A stretch of DNA of 64,000 nucleotides from an uncultured bacterium. GTDB taxonomy: Bacteria > Babelota > Babeliae > Babelales > JABCYS01. The notes under the pieces are model-generated. The model did no database searches. It worked only from the letters and a program-made list of their open reading frames with translations, and was not told the origin of the DNA. The translations under genes and the position numbers were made by a program. Each line of letters begins with the position of its first letter. Position 1 is the stretch's first letter. The stretch lies in contig CAVPKK010000007.1 in assembly GCA_963705705.1 (NCBI GenBank), forward strand, positions 128,001-192,000. The letters run 5' to 3'. Shown here piece after piece: positions 56,359-64,000 of this stretch.

Positions 56359-58281
56359 ATGAGCCATCAATGCAAACTACTATTCTCACTACTAACTGCC
56401 CTTGCGGTCATACCCCTCATGGCGACATCCGACACGCCAAGCAGTTCATCATCCAGTTCTTTGATGGCCCACACGTCGTTGGATACACCAGCCTCAAAGA
56501 TACCAACTTGGTATTATGCGAGCCCATTTTTCAAACTTACCTTTGAACAACTTAATTACGTAGACCTAACGACAGCCCGAAGTGTATCGAAAGCTTTTCA
56601 TGCAATGGCACCACAGGTACTTATGCCAACCGGTCAAAAGTGGGTGGCTCAGTTTATGCGAAGATTCGCGCGGGCAAAAACTGCCACCGAAAAATATAAT
56701 GCTTATAGGGATATTATTTCAGCCGCTGGGCGATGCCCTAATGCGATCGCAGAGCTTGAAGAGATTGTAAACGGCTATTATATACATGTACCGGAAGAGT
56801 TATGTTTTTGGGATGGCGAAAGAGAGCCTGTTACGGCAAAAGATGATTTACGCAACGAACTCGGTACCATTTTAGATGAAATAGAAAAGGTGAAAGCAGA
56901 AAGGCAATGTAACTTCCTTGCAGTAAAGCAACAAGCACCCCAAGCCAATGTGGACAGAGAAATTGAGGAACTGAGTTCACGATATGAACAAATTTTAAGA
57001 CCATTAAAACAAAAACAAGCCGAAATCGTTGGCGCCTTGATGCCTGCTCTTCGTGCCCTTTGCCCTTATACCACTGCTAGTATTATGGTAGAAGAGCTTA
57101 ATGGCAATCAACTCCTTGCCGATTTCCTGCCACTTGTCCATGAACAAGATGACGAATTAATTACGCAAGATGTAAAAAAAATGGCAAAAAAATACAAGAT
57201 TAAGGATTGCCAAGGGGTTAATTGCGTTCCAGCACTTACAGCGGCATGCTTACCAGCTGTTCATGCATCTTTAACGACACAAAAAAATGGGGCAGGGTTC
57301 GTAGCAAAAGAAGAATTAGAGCAGCAGCTTATTCGACGGGTTTTTTCAGACAAATTTGATCCGGACGGGTTACCTGGTTTGATTACTGCTGATCAACAAG
57401 CACTCCAGTTGCGTTTAATAAAATTAGAGCATTTAAAGCAAGCGAAAAATGATGTTATTTTGCACCAACGATCGGTATCGAAGCAGGAGCTTGAAACAGC
57501 ATACTGGACTCTGAAGGATAGCATTCATCAGTTTCTAATTAAGCGAATTCACGCATATCTAAAGGAATTAGAGTCTGGGAAACTATCAAAAGAGATTATA
57601 ACTGCCCACATTCTTAAACTCTTTAAGACTCTGCTTGATTTAGCTGATCCAAATGAATTAGCAGACTGCAAAGTTAGTAAGCTAGGTGAAGATTGGCATA
57701 TCTTTATCGATTCTCTAGATCCGATTGAACAGGATAAAATTTGGCAACGCATTGCGTATCTTTCCGGTAGAGCCATTGATCTAGCAAGTGGTCAAGCGTA
57801 TGCAGCCGATCTTGGAATTGCTGCAATCGCACATGTAAGAGCCAAAGATTACGAAAAGGCTGATCAATATTACGGCAAATTGTTCGTTGCTTTTGGTGAT
57901 ACGGCGGAACCTCTGGAGTATTTTAATTCCGGCGTTATTTCACTGGCGTTAGCTGCTAATTATTTTAAAAATCATCAGCCAGAAAAAGTAATGGCCCATT
58001 GCAATACTGCAATTGTAAGATTAAACCGAACCATCCAGTTGATACCTCTTATAAAATCTGTGAAATCCTTTGATGTTTTACCGGTTTCAACCAAGATATT
58101 AGAACAAACTTCTACTGAGCAGATAAGCGCTATTCAGCACGTACACGCGAAGCTAAAAGAATGCCAAGAAGCAATTTGTAAAAAAATGGAAGAACTCAAT
58201 AACGCAAAACGTACAACTAGCACAGAAATCGTTCATTTCCCTCTTATTCGGAATTGGAACGAATTTTGGGGCATAGAATAA
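56359..58281 (+). CDS. Family B secreted F-box-like paralog B6 (lacks the KRK linker)
   Basis: Signal peptide and Ser tract joined almost directly to IPTWYYASPFFKLTFEQLNYVDLTTARSVSKAF. Confidence 0.8.
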   Translation: MSHQCKLLFSLLTALAVIPLMATSDTPSSSSSSSLMAHTSLDTPASKIPTWYYASPFFKLTFEQLNYVDLTTARSVSKAFHAMAPQVLMPTGQKWVAQFMRRFARAKTATEKYNAYRDIISAAGRCPNAIAELEEIVNGYYIHVPEELCFWDGEREPVTAKDDLRNELGTILDEIEKVKAERQCNFLAVKQQAPQANVDREIEELSSRYEQILRPLKQKQAEIVGALMPALRALCPYTTASIMVEELNGNQLLADFLPLVHEQDDELITQDVKKMAKKYKIKDCQGVNCVPALTAACLPAVHASLTTQKNGAGFVAKEELEQQLIRRVFSDKFDPDGLPGLITADQQALQLRLIKLEHLKQAKNDVILHQRSVSKQELETAYWTLKDSIHQFLIKRIHAYLKELESGKLSKEIITAHILKLFKTLLDLADPNELADCKVSKLGEDWHIFIDSLDPIEQDKIWQRIAYLSGRAIDLASGQAYAADLGIAAIAHVRAKDYEKADQYYGKLFVAFGDTAEPLEYFNSGVISLALAANYFKNHQPEKVMAHCNTAIVRLNRTIQLIPLIKSVKSFDVLPVSTKILEQTSTEQISAIQHVHAKLKECQEAICKKMEELNNAKRTTSTEIVHFPLIRNWNEFWGIE

Positions 58282-58296
58282 AATAGAGAAATAAAC

Positions 58297-60324
58297 ATGA
58301 ATTCTAAACTATATATCTCATTATTAGCTATTTTGGCAGTCGGACCCCTTATGGCGACATCAGATACGCCAAGCAGTAGCAGTTCATCATCAAGTTCATT
58401 GACGGCAAATATGTCGGATGCAACGGAATCTAAACGCGCTAAGCGAAAAGGGATTCATGCTGCTATCGTGCATGATATCGCCGAGGAAGAAGAGGAATCT
58501 TCTACGCGTCAGAAAACTTTACGGATAAGCGAAACTCCATCAACGTTGTCCCTACCAATATCCTTTAGTCCTAACCCAATAAGCCCCTCGCCAAGCCCTA
58601 CTATAGTTTCTTCACCTTCACCCTCAGTCGTTATAATTGCGCCTAAAAGCAAAGCTAAATTCTTTCCGGCTCAGTTTTATAGCAGTCCGTTCTTGAAGCC
58701 GAGCTTTGAGTATCTTGATTTTACCGATTTGAGTGCAGCACGCCGGGTATCGAAAAACTTTACTGCCTTCAAGGACATGGCATCACAGGTGCTCATGCCT
58801 TCAGCCCAACAATGGGTTGCCTTATTTGTACAAAAGTTAGACGAAGCAAAAACGGCTACCCAACAGCATCAGGTATTCGTGGATGCCATTGCAGCAATTG
58901 CGCGTTGTCCGAATGCGATTGTAAAACTGCGAGCAGTGGTGAAAAATTACTACAAAGATGTACCAAAAGAATTGCGCTTTTGGAATATGAATGCCAAAGA
59001 CAAAATATTGCCTATTAAAAGCAAAACCGATTTGCGGAACGAACTAGTCACTATTACAGACCGTATTGCAGTACTAAAATCCCAACCCGCAAACGGAGCC
59101 AATGAAGAGCTTGCGCAATTAAAAGAACAACAGCAAAAGATAGTGGAAACATTGCTACCATCTCTTCATGCACTTTGCCCCTATGCGACTGCCCATATGA
59201 TATTATTAGAACTTGGCGATCAACCTGGGCTTCCTGAAAATTTACCAGCTTTAGCTAAACACAAAACGAATTTAGAAGATCGCGTATTACAAATACTTGC
59301 AAAAAAAATTAGCCCAAGAGGCCTTGTCTCAAAACTCGCCGCTCAACTCCTACCACCGATTCATGCAGCTTTAGCTACACAAACCGATAGACTGAGTCGT
59401 GAATTAAGGCCAATGCTAGAACTTCGCTTAATGCAAGCAGTTTCTCAACGCCCTTTTGATCTCTCATTATCTCCTAACATTCTAATCACGAATGACCAAC
59501 AAGATATACAGTTGTATGACCAGAAAATTTTGCAGCTATGGCAAGCGACTAAGTACATTATCTTGAAGGATAAAAAAATCAGCAGAATGGAGCTTGAAGA
59601 GGCATTAGCAAAGATGAGAAAGGATCGTCTTTCATTTGTTCTGAGTCGGGTTGCAAGCTATCTCAAGCTAATACAAGAAAAACCACAATTATTGGAAAAA
59701 AAAGCCGTAGTCCACCATCTATATCAATTGTTAACGGGGATCTTCGATGCTGTTCGCACATCCGAACTAGATGAATGCAGAGCTATTGCAAAAATTCCTG
59801 CTATCCCACATTGGCTTACATTTATCGATTTGCTTACTCCAAAAGCAAAATTGAAGATCATTGACCGTATTGCCTTTGCCGCGGATAGAGCTGTTATTCT
59901 TGCTAGGGCCTCATTAGCACCGGATGATCTTAGAATCGCCGCACGCAATAATGCCGAACTACATTCATTTAAAGAAGCTTCAAAGCATTATGATAAATTA
60001 ATTACGGAATTTGGTTTTATGACGACAGCAATCGATTATTTGGAAGCTAGCTTTACCCATATAGCCTCAAATTATCTTAAATCTGAAACTGCTAAATCTC
60101 ACTTGGACATTGCAACCGAATATATAATTAGCGCTCAGCAAATATTCCGAAATTTAACGTTGCATCAATTAAAACATTGTTCAGCAAACGTTTCCAATCT
60201 ATGCAAAAAATATTCTGCTCTGGCGAAGCGAAATCCTGAGCTGGCAGATTTAGCAGCTTCTGTACGTGAAATCGAAAAGGTAATAATTCCAGAGACAATT
60301 AAGAAGTTGAGAGAGCCTAAATAA
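58297..60324 (+). CDS. Family B secreted F-box-like paralog B7
   Basis: KRAKRK; FPAQFYSSPFLKPSFEYLDFTDLSAARRVSKNF; RCPN; LRFW. Confidence 0.8.
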   Translation: MNSKLYISLLAILAVGPLMATSDTPSSSSSSSSSLTANMSDATESKRAKRKGIHAAIVHDIAEEEEESSTRQKTLRISETPSTLSLPISFSPNPISPSPSPTIVSSPSPSVVIIAPKSKAKFFPAQFYSSPFLKPSFEYLDFTDLSAARRVSKNFTAFKDMASQVLMPSAQQWVALFVQKLDEAKTATQQHQVFVDAIAAIARCPNAIVKLRAVVKNYYKDVPKELRFWNMNAKDKILPIKSKTDLRNELVTITDRIAVLKSQPANGANEELAQLKEQQQKIVETLLPSLHALCPYATAHMILLELGDQPGLPENLPALAKHKTNLEDRVLQILAKKISPRGLVSKLAAQLLPPIHAALATQTDRLSRELRPMLELRLMQAVSQRPFDLSLSPNILITNDQQDIQLYDQKILQLWQATKYIILKDKKISRMELEEALAKMRKDRLSFVLSRVASYLKLIQEKPQLLEKKAVVHHLYQLLTGIFDAVRTSELDECRAIAKIPAIPHWLTFIDLLTPKAKLKIIDRIAFAADRAVILARASLAPDDLRIAARNNAELHSFKEASKHYDKLITEFGFMTTAIDYLEASFTHIASNYLKSETAKSHLDIATEYIISAQQIFRNLTLHQLKHCSANVSNLCKKYSALAKRNPELADLAASVREIEKVIIPETIKKLREPK

Positions 60325-60365
60325 GCGAAAAGCAAAAAATAAATTCTACAATGGAGATTAAAAAC

Positions 60366-62501
60366 ATGATTACGAACAAACTAGTTTATATACTACTTAT
60401 TGCCACTATCGCAATTAATCTTAAAGCCACAGCAGATACCCCGTCATCGCCTGCATCTATGTCGGATGCAATAGATGCAGTGCCTCAAAACAATAAACGA
60501 AAAGCGAATGGTGCCATCCATCAAGAAAATGCGGCGGAAGAAGAAAACTCAAGGCTCGGCCAAAAAGCATTAAGAATGAGTGCGGTTGCATCGTCTTTGC
60601 CGGTTACAGATAGTTCTCACCAGCCTGCGGCATCAAGCTCTTCTACAATAACCAATAACAATGTAGCTCTTACGGCTGCTCTACCTGCACCAACCGCCTT
60701 AATAAAGGCCAAGCCACAGATTCCAGCTTGGTATTATGGCAGTCCAATGCACGAAATCACCTTTGAGCATCTTGATTATGCAGATTTGACTTTAGCGCGG
60801 CGCACCTCAAAAGATTTTAAAACAATGGCCAAGCAGGTAATTATGCCTACCGGCCAGAAATGGGTTGCTTGGTTCAAAAATAAGTTCAAAAATGTAAACA
60901 GTGCGCATAAAGAATATCACGCTTTTAAGGATATTATTGCAGCTGCAGCGCGTTGTCCTAATCCGATTGAAAAGCTTCGAGAGATTGTGAGAAATTATTA
61001 TACAAACGTTCCAGCAGCATTACGATTCTGGAACGCCGGCCATGAGCTGCCGGAAATCTCTGCGAGGGTTAGGCTTAACCAAATAATTAGTACTAAGGAT
61101 AATTTGCGTCATGCATTAGGCAATGTTATGGACCAAATTGCAAAACTTGAAGCAGAACAAGCACAAGCTCGTCAAGCAATGGAACAGCATGATCAACCCG
61201 CAGTTGTTGCCAAGGAACTGGCGACGCTCAAAGAGCAACAACAAAAAATTATCGCACCATTGAAAGACCAACAACAAAAGATTATGGATCTTTTACGACC
61301 CTGCCTTTATGCACTGGCTCCATATACTACTGCCAATATTATTCTTTCAGAGTTAGGAGGTAAGGAATTTCCAGAAATATTACCTATACTGCTCGAAAAT
61401 GATCGTTTAGATCCTCAGTGGCTGCTCAGACGACTTGCAAAAAAAATAAGCCCGCAACGAGGATATATAGAAACTCTTGTGGCAGGTTGCATTCCATCGA
61501 TTCATGCATCTTTAGCCGCACAGCACGATTCAATTTCTCGCCCAGCTAAACTTAAAATAGAAAGCCTTTTAACTGCCTCAATTTCACCATCGCACGTTGA
61601 TAATTCTTGTATGCCAAATGAATTAATCGCATATGCCATGAATGATCTTGAGTATTACTATTTAAGAATTACGCAGCTCAGACAAGCCATAGCTTGGGCC
61701 ATTTTAAAGGACAAGGAAATTTCCGAGTTAGACCTTCAGAAAGCTTTATGGAACATAGAAGAGGGCCGAAATAAATTTCTTTTTGATCGAATCCAGTTTT
61801 ATCTGGCTGATCAAAATAAGGCACTGTTGCAAAATGAAATTTTAACTAAACATGTCACGGAACTAATTATTGCTGCGTGTAAAACAGCTCGCCCATCAGA
61901 ATTACAAGATTGCAGAGCTATAGCAGCCGCAGCTTTCGGCCCTTGGAGCCCATTTATTTTGACTTTAAAGCCGAAAGAACGACACACAATATTATGGGAA
62001 AAAGCCTATCGGCAGACCGTAGCTTCGTTTGCTGAGCGAGCAGTTATACTTGCCGCTGATACCTTAACGGCAAATGATCTCAGACGTGCTATTGTTCTCT
62101 GCCATTATGCTTCACAATTATACAAAGTTGCAACTTTTCAAGATCAATTACTCAATGAATTTGGTGGGGAAGTCTCAGTTGTCGATTATTTTAATGCTAG
62201 CCATACGCATGCACAACTAGCATCCATTAATTTAAAATCTAACAACCAAGAAATTGCCAAGCGTCATTATGATGCTGCAACAAAATATCTAGAACGCGCT
62301 CAGCAATTAGGACGTGAAGCAAGCCTAGAGCGTTTGAAAAATAATTCTTCTTCAATCAATAGGCTTGGCGAACAGTTTTCTGATATGGCGGCAAAAAATC
62401 CACAAATAGCTGAATTAGCAACCAAGGCAACCGAATTCATAGCAACTTTTAATGAAAGAATTAATGAGCTGGAAGCAGCGGCGAATCCTCAACCAATATA
62501 A
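60366..62501 (+). CDS. Family B secreted F-box-like paralog B8
   Basis: NKRK; IPAWYYGSPMHEITFEHLDYADLTLARRTSKDF; RCPN; LRFW; start 60366 or 60351. Confidence 0.8.
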   Translation: MITNKLVYILLIATIAINLKATADTPSSPASMSDAIDAVPQNNKRKANGAIHQENAAEEENSRLGQKALRMSAVASSLPVTDSSHQPAASSSSTITNNNVALTAALPAPTALIKAKPQIPAWYYGSPMHEITFEHLDYADLTLARRTSKDFKTMAKQVIMPTGQKWVAWFKNKFKNVNSAHKEYHAFKDIIAAAARCPNPIEKLREIVRNYYTNVPAALRFWNAGHELPEISARVRLNQIISTKDNLRHALGNVMDQIAKLEAEQAQARQAMEQHDQPAVVAKELATLKEQQQKIIAPLKDQQQKIMDLLRPCLYALAPYTTANIILSELGGKEFPEILPILLENDRLDPQWLLRRLAKKISPQRGYIETLVAGCIPSIHASLAAQHDSISRPAKLKIESLLTASISPSHVDNSCMPNELIAYAMNDLEYYYLRITQLRQAIAWAILKDKEISELDLQKALWNIEEGRNKFLFDRIQFYLADQNKALLQNEILTKHVTELIIAACKTARPSELQDCRAIAAAAFGPWSPFILTLKPKERHTILWEKAYRQTVASFAERAVILAADTLTANDLRRAIVLCHYASQLYKVATFQDQLLNEFGGEVSVVDYFNASHTHAQLASINLKSNNQEIAKRHYDAATKYLERAQQLGREASLERLKNNSSSINRLGEQFSDMAAKNPQIAELATKATEFIATFNERINELEAAANPQPI

Positions 62502-62535
62502 GTAACATTAACGAATGGAAAATGGAGGAATAAAT

Positions 62536-64000
62536 ATGAGTTCTAAATTATATATATCATTACTAACTATCTTTGCAGTCGGTACCCTTTTGGCGACATC
62601 CGACACACCAAGCAGTTCATCATCTAGTTCATTGACCGCCAATATGTCGGATGCAACAGAATCTACCCGCACTAAGCGAAAAGGGATTGACGCTGCTATT
62701 TTGGATGATATCGACAATGAGGAAGAATCGTCTGTACGCCAAAAAGCTTTGCGGATGGGCAGAACGCCATCAACTTTAACCTTGCCAGAATCCCTTGACC
62801 CGACAAGCCCTTCACCGAGCCCGAACATGACTTCTTCACGCGCACCCTTAGCCGTTCCCAAAGATACGGGTAAGAAGTTCTTTCCTGCACAGTTTTATAG
62901 CAGTCCGTTCTTAAGGCCAAGCTTTGAGTATCTTGATTTTATCGATTTGAGTGTAGCCCGCAAGATATCCAAAAGTTTTACTGCTTTTAAAGACATGGCA
63001 TCAGAGGTGCTTATGCCGTCTGCTCAGCAATGGGTTGCCTTGTTTAGACAAAAGTTTGATGGTGCAAAAACGGGCAGCCAACAGAATCAGGTTTTTAGAG
63101 ACATGATCCCAATGGTTGCTCGCTGCCCAAATGCGATTGTAAAGCTGCGGGAGATTATAAATAACTATTACCAAGACGTACCCAAAAAACTTCGTCTTTG
63201 GAATTTGAATGCCAAAGGTAAATTGTTGGTAGATAAAAGAAAAAATGATGCACGCACTAATCTGTGCACTGTTGCAGAAGACATTGCAAAGATTAAAGCC
63301 GAACAGCAATCCCAAGAAAGTGGCAACAATAAAGAATTGGTTACGCTAAAGGCTAAAAAGAAACGTTTAGTTAAAAGACTCTTGCCTTGCCTTCATGCAC
63401 TAGCTCCCTATACGACAGCCAGCATTATTCTATCAGAGCTTGGCGATCAATCTGGGTTTCCGGAAAACCTTCCTCCTATGCCCCCACATAAACACCAGTT
63501 AAATGAACGTGTGCTTCAAATTCTGGCAAAAAAATTCAGTGCACGGGGCTTAGTAATATCAATTGCTGCCGGTTGTTTACCGTCAGTTCATGCAGCGCTA
63601 GCCACACAATTGGATACATTAAGTCGTTCACTCAGACCCAAGCTAGAACTTCGTTTAATGCAGCCAATTACAGAGCGACCCCGTGGATCATTATCTCCTG
63701 ACATTATGATCAGAAATGATCAGCAAGATATTTCTTATTATAACTTAAAAATCAATCAGCTACGCGAGGCCATTGACCGCAAAATTTTAATACATAAACA
63801 AATCAGTAGACGAGATCTTGAAAACGCATTGTTGCAGATCGAATCAGATCGACTTTTTTTCGTTCGTCATAGAACGGTACCGTATCTAAAACTTCTAGAG
63901 AATCCAGCCCAGGCACAAAGAGATACTATAATCAAACACGTAATGTGGTTAATGGAAACAGCGTTGGATATTACTTGCACATCCGAATTAGCTGATTGCA
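62536..64000 (+). CDS. Family B secreted F-box-like paralog B9 (runs off the window; absent from ORF track)
   Basis: Manual translation from ATG 62536 (GGAGG SD): MSSKLYISLLTIFAVGTLLATSDTPSSSSSSSLTANMSDATESTRTKRKG...FPAQFYSSPFLRPSFEYLDFIDLSVARKISKSF, same frame reads ALDITCTSELADC at the window end. Confidence 0.85.
   Translation, partial: MSSKLYISLLTIFAVGTLLATSDTPSSSSSSSLTANMSDATESTRTKRKGIDAAILDDIDNEEESSVRQKALRMGRTPSTLTLPESLDPTSPSPSPNMTSSRAPLAVPKDTGKKFFPAQFYSSPFLRPSFEYLDFIDLSVARKISKSFTAFKDMASEVLMPSAQQWVALFRQKFDGAKTGSQQNQVFRDMIPMVARCPNAIVKLREIINNYYQDVPKKLRLWNLNAKGKLLVDKRKNDARTNLCTVAEDIAKIKAEQQSQESGNNKELVTLKAKKKRLVKRLLPCLHALAPYTTASIILSELGDQSGFPENLPPMPPHKHQLNERVLQILAKKFSARGLVISIAAGCLPSVHAALATQLDTLSRSLRPKLELRLMQPITERPRGSLSPDIMIRNDQQDISYYNLKINQLREAIDRKILIHKQISRRDLENALLQIESDRLFFVRHRTVPYLKLLENPAQAQRDTIIKHVMWLMETALDITCTSELADC

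Noticed and set aside
453..63315. Many 60-165 aa ORFs antisense to or nested in long genes
   Set aside because: Shadow frames of real genes; those recurring in paralogs only mirror the sense-strand duplication
45565..64000. Diversity-generating retroelement or invertase shuffling behind paralog diversity
   Set aside because: No reverse transcriptase, recombinase, adenine-specific TR/VR pair or inverted cassettes seen; divergence is spread along the genes

Overview
Bacterial chromosome segment. The gene style (many signal-peptide proteins with ankyrin, LRR, Sel1, F-box-like, MYND and Vps62-like domains among housekeeping genes) suggests an intracellular parasite of protists, plausibly Candidatus Dependentiae (Babelota/TM6); this is inference. 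Housekeeping genes: rpsT, rpmB, ftsH, yraN, MazG-like, thpR, AlaX, suhB, lepA, grpE, ssb, pgsA, mnmA. No rRNA, tRNA or CRISPR array was recognised. Main observations: (1) a stand-alone GIY-YIG nuclease gene between perfect 35-bp inverted hairpin repeats, next to a gene-less copy of the same cassette; the hairpin recurs across the window with compensatory base changes, nests with a second repeat family and occurs in frame inside one gene, resembling a REP/RAYT system with a different nuclease; (2) at least nine tandem secreted paralogs with signal peptide, Ser tract, KRK basic motif and F-box-like motif (45.5 kb to window end); (3) seven tandem secreted split-ankyrin paralogs with a possible C-terminal F-box-like helix (13.4-27.4 kb); (4) an FtsH with two intact tandem AAA+ modules; (5) a Lon protease with signal peptide and ankyrin repeats in place of the usual N-domain. 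Several starts were moved from the ORF track to better Shine-Dalgarno-supported codons. All calls are by eye; no database search was run.
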